Of a DNA stretch of 64,000 bases, positions 12,491-23,498 are shown one piece after another. The translations under genes and the position numbers were made by a program. Within the stretch, counting starts at the first letter, position 1; the number at the start of each line of letters is the position of its first letter. The stretch is from Podarcis gaigeae. Lineage: Eukaryota. The stretch lies in the NCBI GenBank assembly GCA_964106915.2, contig OZ066925.1. One strand, written 5' to 3'. The notes under the pieces were generated by a model. The model was not told where the DNA came from, did no database searches, and worked only from the letters and a program-made list of their open reading frames with translations.

Positions 12491-13614
12491 AAGTCTTCTA
12501 TGAAATTAAGTACCGTTAGCAATAATTCCTGATGTGGTACTTCTGGGTATCATTCTTGATGAGCTCCAGCCAAGCAGCATATTTTGCATAAATATTTAGC
12601 TATGTGAGTCTTTGGCCGGTCAGTGCAGCTTGTTCAGGACTTGTGCAGCCCTGAAATATAAACCCATGGCTGCTTGGTATTTACAAGCATGGGACTTTGT
12701 AACTGTGGAAAATTTGCTCATCAAGTTCAGCTTTCCAGACTGAAAGCTTTCCGAGTCAAATGGCACCATTTTGTTTGTTTCCTTTTCAATAAATCTCACT
12801 TGGTGCTGCAAGTTAATTATACATATTTTTTAATTGATTTGTACTACTGCTCTGTCTTCTGAGATTTGTTTCTCTTCATTGTCTTAAATGAAAAAAAGTT
12901 AACTGCTTGACATGTAGCTGTATGTATTTTGGAGTACACTGAATTTTTCTGTGTCTATTTTATAAGTATGTAAGAAATAAGAATGTAAAATGGAATGCCA
13001 AACTAGACTCCCTTCTGAGCCTCTGTGATGTCGTGTTGCCACAGTAATAGAAATTACAGCTTTTAAAAACACAACAAAAAATTCTGACCTAGAGAGCTAC
13101 AAATAGGTCCATAATTTTTGGATTTAATTTAGTAGTGATGATCATCAGTAAGACTTATGACCAGACTTACTGTACTTCAGATTCACAGTCTTGGAAAGCT
13201 TCTAGATCCATCATAGTGCAAGCAATTGTAACTATCTTCCATGGCTGAGCTACCTCCTCACAGACCAAGGGTTATTGACTATTGTTATTTTCAGGTGGGA
13301 TTCAATCACACATCAGTGAGTTCAAGCTGTGCAATTGTAGCTGAGTAGGAGGTCTTGCACAGGAAGCTCACTTCCCCCAAAGATTGGACTTTTGCGATAA
13401 GGAAAGTGACTGACAAATGCAACAGGAAATGTTGGGTAACACTTGCTTTGATACAGTGTCATCTAACCTCCCTGCAAACAAATCAGGATAACTGCATGAT
13501 AAACAGGTTGTCTGAAAGCACTCCCAGTCCAGGCAGTGTAAGCTATTATGTATTCCTTACATTTTCATCCTGCCATTCCTCTAAATTGCTCAGTATGGCA
13601 TAGGTTTCTGCCCC

Positions 13615-13765
13615 GTCACCACTCTTGTATCTTCACAAGCACACTGTGAGGTAGGTTGGGCTGAGAGAGTGTGACTGGTCCAAAGTCACCCAGTGAACTT
13701 CACAGATGAATGGGGATTTCTAGCAGTGTCTCCCTAAGTCATAGCTCAACAGTATAGCCGCCATG
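13615..13765 (-). mobile_element. MIR/CORE-like SINE fragment (related copies ~33640-33840, ~36850-37030, ~39000-39130)
   Basis: ctgtgaggtaggttgggctgagagagtgtgactggtccaaagtcacccagtgaacttca motif recurs in the window. Confidence 0.65.
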
Positions 13766-14911
13766 CAGGGAGGAGGGCAGCTGGGTACATTTGCCCCAGG
13801 CCTCAGAGGGCAAAGCCTGCCAGATTTATGCTGTCATGCCAATAACAAGACTCCTGCCCCGGGCTTCAGATGACGTGATGTGTGTGTGTGTAGTAACACA
13901 CATATCGGGCGTGCCTAAAACAGTCACTGCCTGTAGAACATTATTATTATCCTTAGTTTCCAACATCCACACTGGTCCTGTTTAAAGGTGCCAAACCTGT
14001 CCTTTACAACTCTGCATCTCCATAGCGGTGGACACTTTTCTTGCATGCACCGACAATCTTTAATAAAAGCTGCTTGTTGTCCTCAATTTTACACCACCTG
14101 TGCACAAAATATAATAAACACAGCAGGCAGGGAGATAATTATAGTGGCTGCCTGATGCTTGCGGTCCTTGGTTTCCCTTGAGGTACATAAAACTCTGAAC
14201 CTGATTATTTCCAAAAAGTGCTGTAAGTACTTTTGCAGGGTAGAGGGTGATAGACTGGGATTTAGTGATTAGTGGATTTTTAATTTGTTTTGGTACACCG
14301 TGTTATGTTTTGCTTTTACTCATTTTGTTGGGTGTTTTAAAAGTGCTCTGATCGTTCCTCAGCTCTAGGAATAGTCAAGCAAAGGTCATGTTTTCTTTTT
14401 ATGGCACAAGAAGAGTCACTGGCTGCCTGGGATTTTTTGCAGAAACACTCATTTTATAGAATTTTTGCTTGTCGGAGACATAGTAGATGATACTGAAATT
14501 TAATTTAAGCTTTGATCTGCTGCAAATATATATATACTGTGCTTATTTACTTGGCACTGCCTTTGAGATTACAAAGCCTTTGCAGAAAGACGTGATGTGA
14601 AAACCTTATAGGAGGGAATTAAAGAGTGTAATCCACATGGAGGATCTCCTGCCCTTAGAAGTTAACAGCCTGCATATTGTGCATTACAATGGGGCTTGCA
14701 AAAGAGACTGCCCTGGTGGATATGCTCAAAGTAATTGCATTTCTTTTATCTGTTTGATTAAAATGTTTAAACAGGAGTGAGGAACCTCTGGTCCAGGACA
14801 CATGTGGCTTCCCAGACCTCTCTACATGGCCTAAGGCCATACCCTGAGAACATTTGGCTGTCTCTTAGCACAGACCCAGGTCATTGAACCTGAGCTTCCA
14901 CAGCCTCCAAC

Positions 14912-15172
14912 CCATGGGTAGGCAAACTAAGGCCCAGGGGCTGGATCTGGCCCAATCGCCTTCTCAATCCGGCCCGCGGACGGTCCAGGAATCAGTGTGT
15001 TTTTACATGAGTAGAATGTGTCCTTTTATTTAAAATGCATCTCTGGGTTATTTGTGGGGCACAGGAATTCGTTCTTTTTTTTCTTTTCTTTTTTTCAAAA
15101 TATAGTCTGGCCCATCATAAGGTCTGAGGGACAGTGGATCGGCCCCCTGCTGAAAAAGTTTGCTGACCCCTG
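14912..15172. mobile_element. Non-autonomous hAT-type DNA transposon
   Basis: Imperfect TIRs catgggtaggcaaact / agtttgctgacccctg, with internal ggccc repeats typical of hAT MITEs. Confidence 0.75.
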
Positions 15173-15251
15173 TTTTAATGTGTTGTAAACTGCTTGGAAT
15201 TTTTAAATTAAAAATATAAAGTGGTATAGAAATGCAAATGCAAATGATGAT

Positions 15252-15283
<32 letters not shown>

Positions 15284-15776
15284 CCTCTCACTCGCTCTGC
15301 TCTGCACCCTCCTTGAGAGTTTGCCAGGTTGGAATGAGAACTTGAATTGGAACAACACCTCTTCTTTGCCTCAGTGGACAGATGTGAACATCTGCAGGAG
15401 CCTCTGACTTTGTGTGACTGGAATGTAGCTTCCTGTACAGAGGTAAGAGACAAACTCACTGCTCCACTCACTTTTGCATCTGGACATGTGGTGCCAGAGG
15501 GAAGGCCACCCCATTGCTGCCTTAAACTAATACCAAGGCAGTGTACAATAGAACAATTCCAAATGAAATAGCGATTCAGAAAGAATTGAATGTGGATCCA
15601 AATGAACAATTTCCAGAGAATGCATTCTAAATGCATAATATATACTGAGCACACACAATCAATGTCAAATTATACACAATGTCATCCATGCAATAAACTC
15701 CACAACTTGACTCCTGTAAAGTACAGAGTCTTACAGCGTGTTATTATATAATTGGGTGCAACTATAAAACATAAAA

Positions 15777-16140
15777 GGGACGCGGGTGGCGCTGTGGGTA
15801 AAAGCCTCAGTGCCTAGGGCTTGCCGATCGAAAGGTCGGCGGTTCGAATCCCTGCGGCGGGGTGCGCTCCCACTGCTCGGTCCCAGCGCCTGCCAACCTA
15901 GCAGTTCGAAAGCACCCTCGGGTGCAAGTAGATAAATAGGGACCGCTTTCTAGCGGGAAGGTAAACGGCGTTTCCGTGTGCGGCTCTGGCTCGCCAGAGC
16001 AGCGATGTCACACTGGCCACGTAACCCGGAAGTGTCTTCGGACAGCGCTGGCCCCCGGCCTCTTGAGTGAGATGGGCGCACAACCCCAGAGTCTGGCAAG
16101 ACTGGCCCGTACGGGCAGGGGTACCTTTACCTTTTACCTT
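15777..16140 (+). mobile_element. Full-length, CpG-rich (young) Sauria SINE
   Basis: GGGACGCGGGTGGCGCTGTGG head, B box GGTTCGAATCC (15841-15851), (ACCTTT)n tail; perfect 14-bp TSD tataaaacataaaa (15763-15776 / 16141-16154). Confidence 0.95.
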
Positions 16141-16371
16141 TATAAAACATAAAACATATCTAACAACAACAGCCTCCTGAAAAGTTTGGGGGGTGGAGAA
16201 TTACCTGAGCATTACCCATGTTTTATTTTGGCCAAGGTGCTAGTAGGAGCAGGCTCCAATGGACTGATCTGGCTGTCCTCCAATGGAACAGAGCACAGTC
16301 ACATTGGGATGAGTTTTCCTGAGCACAGAGAAGTAGCATGTCCAGTGTAAGCATGGTGACAACCTTGTAAG

Positions 16372-16499
16372 CAGTGCTATTTTTCTTGGAAAAAAGAGGT
16401 GCTAGAACTCATCATGAATGCCTCCTTTGTTCTCTTATAATGGCAATGTTGCCCACCTGAGAGGTGCTGCCACTGAGTTCTGGCTGAAAAAAAGCCCAG
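16372..16499. mobile_element. Short non-autonomous DNA transposon
   Basis: Imperfect TIRs cagtgctattttt / aaaaaaagcccag. Confidence 0.55.
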
Positions 16500-18532
16500 A
16501 TCAGCATTAATACTGTATCCCTATATTGCAGTTAATGGGTTGAAACTGAGTAGTGGCTGGTTTTAGGGCCACCTGTGAGTGCTTGGCTTATATTTTTAAC
16601 TGAGTGCTTGTAACTGACTGTCCTTTCATAAAATCACTTTCCAATGACTATACTTCTCTTTGTATAATCAAACAAACATGTTGCATTAAATGGTATAAGG
16701 CTTGGTGAGGGTGAGACTAATAGGGACTAGTAACTTAGTTTTACACAAATCAGTCACTGGAGCATTCCTGAATATTCACTGCCTCCTGTGCTAGTGAAAG
16801 AGCTTCAGCCGCTGTCTAATTCTCAAGCCGAACAGTCTGATCTTTTCAAGGTGAGCAAACTGGCATAAACATATTTTCCTTGGCTACGGGAGAGATTTAT
16901 GAAGCGTTTACACTGAGCTGTCAGGTGGAGTCCTGACAAGGTTATGCCTTCCTGATCAGGTGCTATTCTTGGCAACTCTTCCCTTCTACAAAGGATATTT
17001 CAGGGAGCCCTCATTGAACAGTCACTCATCCTGAGTACAACTGCATTCCTAATGTAATATCTTCGAGCATTAGACTCAAAGCTCTTGAATATGATGAATA
17101 AATATTTAATTCTATTTATGCTACTAACTTATGCACAAGAGACGCAGTCTATATATTTGAGCGGAATCAGAATGTAGCTTTAGTACATTGCTTTGAAAAT
17201 AGCGAGACCTGCATCTTTTTCTTGGCTAAGGAAATATCTAGTTTCTTGCTTGGAAATGTTTTTTCCAAAGAGGCCAGGAGATAGGGTCACCAATTTCTCT
17301 ACTTTACGGGGGGGGGGTGTGGATCCTCTGTTTTCAGGAGTCCTCCATTCAAAGGGCTGTCTGATCCAAGACCCAAATAAGAGAGAGCAGAAGCCTTGAA
17401 GCTGCCTATCAACAGTTAGCTTCTGGACTGAGCACACAAGCCCCTTGTGCAGCCTTCCCCACTATGGTGACATGTGCTTTATTTCTATTTAAGCAATAGT
17501 AGTTGTTTCCAAATAAGCACCTGTATGCACAAATTAGCATATGCTAATTTTATGTGAATTTGCACTCATTTTGTGGTGATGCGTTTCCTCTCTTGAGCCA
17601 ATGCCTAAGTGACCATCGTGAGGGCTGCCTTTGAATCTCACCAGAACATGGGCAACAGGACAGTATTCTGCACCCTACCAGAGGTCTTGGCACACACAGT
17701 TTTGTCTTCCAACTCCTCATGCTTCCGCCACCTGAAACATCCACACCTCACTCTACCAAACAGCAGGGCCGGTGTTGCTGTGACAATGCTGATCATTTAA
17801 CTGTGTTTTTCATTGTTGCATTTTCATTTGTTCTTGAATATTGATATATGCTTGTACGTATATTGTAAATCCTTTAGAGAAGATCAGTACAAGGTGGTTA
17901 TTATTATTATTATTAATCTATTTGCATTTCATTGCCAACAGCTACACTGAATTGTTATGCACCACGTGGTACCAAATAGCTTTTAAAAAATCTCCCACCT
18001 CTGGGCTGACCTTTTCCTGGGTTCAGTCAGGCCTTATCCTAGGAGTCTTAGTGTATTCTGAAGAGGGTCCGGTGTTCTTGCTATGCTTGATAGGCTCTTC
18101 ATTTTCAGAATGAGTCAGCTTGACACAGTGGCAGGGCCTGACCTCAAGGTTTGCGCCAGGAGAATTCTTCCCCGAAAGTCAGTCAAGGAGATGCTGATGT
18201 TAACAGACAGGAGGATTTTTGCAATTCTCCTCTCTCTGCTCCTCAAGTATATACAGTACTTGGAAGTTGCACTGGGCATAGAGCTTGTAGCTAATTGTCT
18301 GTCCCTTGCTATAGGATAAAAAAAAATCCCTTTCCTTGTGAACACATTGCTTTGGGGAATGCATGAATGCTGGTCTCTTTTAGCACAGTTTGAATGTACT
18401 GTATAGACACTGACGGATTTCCACATCTCATCAAATCTATAAGCGAGATGGATACATTTTAAGATGCATGGGGGGAGGGTTGATTGACATCAACCCTTGT
18501 GATGCCAAATTATTTTAATATACAGATAAGAC

Positions 18533-18708
18533 CATAGGACCCAACTCCTAGGGGTTGAGGTCCCTTTGCCCCCCAATAAAATCTGTGGGGGCTGCCCCCA
18601 GGTTTATGGCCATTTCCATTCAAATGGTGTGTGTGTGCACCTTGACTTGTTTATGTGGGGTGGGGCTTACCTGCCCCCCCCAATATTTTATTTAAGTTGG
18701 CACCCCTG
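18533..18708. mobile_element. Short non-autonomous DNA transposon
   Basis: Imperfect TIRs cataggacccaact / agttggcacccctg; internal gcccccc repeats. Confidence 0.5.
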
Positions 18709-19348
18709 GATAAAACATTTAATAAATCTTAGATTTCTTATGAAGTTGCAATGCTGAAATTTTCAGAAAGTAGATAAAAGTAAAGCTTCTTGTCAAAGGA
18801 GGCTTTCCAGGCGTGTTGATTACATGACCCTGACAGTCACAAGCCAAAGTCAGTCATGGGAAGACAATTGTGCCCCCATGCTGATTCCTGCTGGTCTAAC
18901 AGTCAAGTGGTAAGTGTCAGAATCAGTGTAGCTGATGCAGGCAAAAAACAAACAATTGCTATACAAAATCTGGGCATCCTCTTCTTGGGTATCTCCTACC
19001 TACCCCTGCCCGCAGCTCCCCAAAACATTTATGGTTTAGTGCTAAACCACAACTATGGCAAGAGAAGACTGGTCAGCAAGACCGTGCAAGCACAAAAAGT
19101 TAAATCACAATGTAGGAAGCTACATTGTCAATCATTCATGCAGCCAACTTATTGCTCTATAAACTGATTCCCCTAACATTCAGGCACATTTTGGGGTGAT
19201 TTTGACAGGGCTGATCCAGGAGATTTTGCTCATTGGGACAAAGGACAGCTCCTTCCTCCCACGTTACCTAATTTGCATACAGAAGTTGGTAGTTTATTTC
19301 ATTTATTTAGACAATCTCTTTACCACTTGCTAAAAATATTTCTAAGTG

Positions 19349-20176
19349 ATAGACCCTTTTATGCAGGGATTTACTGACCTTTGGGTCCTGGATTTGGGTC
19401 AGGAGGTGATTGGAGTTGTGGGGGCCTTTGGATTTGGAGGAACTTTGAAACATGTCTTGAAATATTATATGGACCTTAGTTTTAACTATGGAGAGTTGGT
19501 TGACCTGTCGAGAAGGAATAAAAGTATTGTTAGGTCGGAGTCTCCCCGAGATCTGCTCTTCAGCATCAAAGAATATGAAGAAGACCTGTAGAAGGGACTT
19601 GGAAAAGAGTTAAGAGCCTCGGACAGAAGATCTCCAGGTTGATGAACTATATGGAATTGACGGAAATGACTGGCAGAATCCGAGACCAGGGAGAAGAGAT
19701 GGTGGAAGAAGATTGGAAAAGTTTAAAGTTTATATATAGAAATACTGTATAATTAATAAGTGTTAGAAAAACTGTTGGAATGAAATTTTATGGCTTTAGT
19801 AGAAATGTTATAAGGAGTTAAGCATAAATAAATACTTTAGCATTAATGGAAAATAAGGTTAAAAATAAGTTAAGATATTTATATGACAAAAAATAGAGAA
19901 AGATGGAAAGGATTTGCTGAAACAATTAATAGAAGTGGAATACAAAAAGGGAGGTGAGAGGAGGTCGATGAAACAAGGGAATGAAAGATAGAGTAATGAA
20001 ATGGTATGATGTATGTTTTTTTAAAATGTTGTTGTTTTGCTTTGTTTAATTTAGTGTGTTAAGGTTGTGTTTTGTACTGTTTTGTATTGTATTGTCTTTG
20101 TTTTTCTCTTTTTTGTTTTTTCTTCTTGTCTTTTTTCTTCTCTTTTTTTCTTGTAAGTTTTAAAAGTAATAAATAT
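19349..20176 (+). mobile_element. L1-like LINE 3' insertion with 12-bp TSD
   Basis: LMNYMELTEMTGRIRDQGEEMVEEDWK from 19639 (ORF2 end, similar to the 4531 element), T-rich 3' UTR, AATAAA. TSD tatttctaagtg at 19337-19348 and 20177-20188. Confidence 0.75.
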
Positions 20177-20879
20177 TATTTCTAAGTGGTGTACAGCAAA
20201 CTAAAACAATTTTACAAAAATACACAATAAAAACATTAATTCAAATTACTAATAAACATCTATGTTGCTGTATCTTCCCCATCCCTCTCCCATGGTAAAG
20301 GTAAAAAGTTCATAAAATGATAGCCTTAGTGGCCATACAGCTTTGGGTTTTGTTTTCTCTGCAGGTATTATCATAAAGCAAGATAAGGCTGCTCTGTTTC
20401 AGTGGCATTTGGCCATTGTGGGTTATATTAATAGCATACAATTCAATCACTCACTGTGAAACTTTAGAACAGGCTGGAGATATCAGTATATTGAGCATGT
20501 ACTATGTGGACACCTATAAGGCCTTCAAAGGCAGCTCCTTTTCTCAACGCTGTCCAACCTTGGGAGAGCTTGTGCTGCAAACCACACTATGAGGCAAAAT
20601 GCTACAGTGTCCTCTTTTTGACCTGGTGTAGGAATCTTAAGTCTTCATTATGGAGACACTCCTGACATTTACAGCGTCTGTGCCAGCGCTATAGATAACG
20701 GAGGCAGTAAACCAGTTCTGTTCCATGTTCCAAATGCAGCTTCTCAGTCCCACTGACCTTGCCTGGACAGCGGTGATCCTGCTGTGTCGCCCAAGCCTGA
20801 ATCTGGGAAAACAGGAAGCTAGGATAATAAAAAACATACCCTCCAACATTTCTTTGATGAAAATAGGGACGTGCTAGTC

Positions 20880-21008
20880 AATAATAATAATAATAATTAT
20901 ACCCTGCCCATCTGACTGGGTTGACTCAGTCTCTGTGTGTGGCTTCCAACATATATAAAAACACAACAAAACATTAAACATTAAAGCTTTTAAAAATTCC
21001 CTGTACAA
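20880..21008 (-). mobile_element. L2 LINE 3' tail fragment
   Basis: (AAT)n + ataccctgcccatctg...ggcttcca; same family as 26365 and 56172. Confidence 0.7.
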
Positions 21009-21994
21009 AAAACAAGAAGCTAAATAAGAAGTGGGAATTCCAAAGTATTTTCTCCAGAGCTGATGTTGGGGGCACATGGAAAGTTGCAGAGAGAAGAGAG
21101 GAAGGGAAAATCCCACCCCAGAAATCTAATTCTGTGCTGTTTGGGCACAAACACTGTTGGATACAGCCTATAGCAATTTGAAAAACAAACTCATTTTATT
21201 GTTACTTTATACTGAAAATTGCTAGATAATATATGTGTGTGTGACCTATTCCACAGGGGGGCGGGGAAAGAGGTGAGGGGAAGGAAGCAGATGTAGTACC
21301 CTCATTGGAGGAAAGATGGTATAAAAATGTAATTAATGACATCTCAGTCTGCAGGGTGGCCTGAGGTAAGCCACTATTTATTTAGCAGTAGCCCCTCATA
21401 CAAATATAGATACAAAATGGGAACTGCAACAAAATGTTGCAGTGAGGAATGGCCTGTTCCAGCCTGCCAGCCAGGCTCTCTCCAAATATATTCCATTCCC
21501 CTTCACCCAAGTTTTCCATTCCTCTGTCTTTCTCCCTGCTTTTGTACCCTGTGCTAGATAGAACCAAATGGTTAAAATATAATTTGTACTGCCAGCTAAA
21601 CACATGCAGCAAAGGTGAACACATTTCCCCTAGTGCAGGATACCCTCTAGATTAATTCACCTTGGCCAACTGATGTGTTAAAATTCAACACTACCTGTGT
21701 ACACTTTGCCTTTTATAAGTCTTTGTTAAGCTGTTATTGCAGAAACACTTGACCCAGTGTCATGTGGACACCATAAAGCAGAAGAGGAAGTCAACTGCTT
21801 GTGCATTCATCTGTTCTGAAAAGCGAGGAGTGTTTTTGCACTCTGTTTTTGCAGAGTGACATGCCAGTTTCAGCAGAAGTTGCTGGTGCAAAAGGCAAGC
21901 CCCACAAACTGAACGCGCTTGCTGGACCACCCATCTGCTTATATACTTCACCCTACTTTTCACCCCTGAAAGTACTATAAATCTGTTGGGTACT

Positions 21995-22360
21995 GCATCC
22001 TTTCCCAACCTTGGGTCCTTAGCAATTGTTGGACTACAACTCCCATCATCCACAGCCAGCAGTAGTCAGGGACGATGGGAACTGTAGTACCTCTGGGGAC
22101 CCAAAGTTGGGAGAGCCTGTCCTAGAGAGCATCCTTTCCCAACCTTGGGACCTTAGCTGTTGTTGGACTACACCTCCCATCATCCATAGCCAGCAGTGGT
22201 CAGGGACGATGGGAATTGTAGTACCTCTGGGGACCCAAAGTTGGTTGAGCCTGTCCTAGAGAGCATCCTTTCCTAACCAACTCCCATCAGCCCCAGCTAG
22301 CACAGGCAGGGATGGTGGGAGTTGCCGTCGAAAACATCTGGAGGGGACCAAGTCAAAGAA
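21995..22360. repeat. Tandem array of a hairpin hAT-type MITE (134-bp period; 2 full units + partial third)
   Basis: gcatcctttcc starts at 21995, 22129 and 22263. Units contain ggactacaactcccatcatcc...gatgggaa(c/t)tgtagt. Confidence 0.9.
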
Positions 22361-22585
22361 GGCGGTACTGGAGAAGGAGAGTCCTCCTCTCGCCAAATTT
22401 GGCGGGGCTTCTCTTGAGAGTAAACTTGCTTAAGGCTGGCGGGGGGGGGGGGCGTTTTGACTGCCAAGAGGCCGCCAAGTGTTCCGCGCGCAGTTTCCTC
22501 GGGAGCAAAAGTTCCCGCCTTATATATCAAGTGAGCCTCGCGCGGGGAACGGGGCTGGTTCGGAGCCTGACGACAGACAGACACA

Positions 22586-22616
22586 CAAAGAGAAAGAGAC
22601 AAAGAGAAAGAGAGAA

Positions 22617-22659
<43 letters not shown>

Positions 22660-22662
22660 AAA
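22586..22662. repeat. (GA)n polypurine tract in the CDK14 promoter
   Basis: Directly visible. Confidence 0.95.
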
Positions 22663-23398
22663 AGGAGCCCAATTGCATTGTGAGGGAAAGAAAGAGAACT
22701 GAACGCTGGCGAGGGAGAGGAAGAAAACTCCCCGACGAGCCGGCGTCCCTCGCTCGGGCCAATGAGCGGCGCGCGGAGCGGGGAGCGTGGGCGGGGCGCG
22801 GGCGGCCTCCGCCTCCAGGGGAGAGAGCGAGGGCGGCCGGGAGGGAGAGAGTTGTTCTTCGGGCCGCGGCTGGAGGAGCAGCAGCTGCTTGGCTGAGGGG
22901 CGGCAGCAGCAGCAACCTCCCTTTTTCTGGCCGCAGCCCCTGACAGGGCTTTGCTCCTCCTCGGCGCCTTCCCTCCCTCCTGCTTTTCTCTCTTACCCTC
23001 CCCATTTCTGGGATCTCTTTCTTCCCCGCAGATATAACCCCCCCGCCCTCGCCTCCTTTCTCCACCCCTCATTGTCTCGGGGAGCGCGTCGCCCAATTCC
23101 TCGAAGGGGCGGGCGGGAGAAACTTGGCTATGGGCGAGGGCGGCGAAGTAGCGGCGCTTGCTGCGTCTCGGGGCACCTCCGCGTAAAAAGAGCGAGAGGG
23201 CGCCGCGCTTCCCCTGCTCAGCCCGACGGAGCGGGGCTTTCCCTGGGGCGCGTTCTGCGCGTGCAGAGCAGCGCCGGCAAGCCGCCTCCTTTCGGGCTGA
23301 GGTTGCCTCTTCTTGCCCTGCTCCCGGGCGGGCGCTGGGTGACTTTCTCGCCGCCCCCTTCTCCTCCTCCTCTTTCTGCGCTCTCCCAGCGGAGCCAG

Positions 23399-23498
23399 AT
23401 GTGCGACCTGCTCGACTCGCAGCCGCCGCCCGCCGAGAAGAAGCTCAGCAGGATGAAAAAGTTGCGGCGAACTTTGTCGGAGAGTTTCGGCCGAATCG
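23399..23498 (+). CDS. CDK14: Cyclin-dependent kinase 14 (PFTK1), first coding exon
   Basis: MCDLLDSQPPPAEKKLSRMKKLRRTLSESFGRI matches the recalled human N-terminus MCDLIEPQPAEKIGKMKKLRRTLSESFSRI. Phase-1 donor G|GTGGGT at 23499. Confidence 0.95.

Noticed and set aside
15777-15860. tRNA-like A/B boxes
   Set aside because: SINE head; no full cloverleaf, and it continues into the SINE body.
21995-22280. Repeat array as CRISPR-like
   Set aside because: Whole units repeat without unique spacers, the context is eukaryotic, and there are no cas genes.
974-23390. PTTG1IP-like exon spliced to the 23390 acceptor as a fusion
   Set aside because: Out of frame with CDK14; stops in exon 2 with either exon 1 donor.
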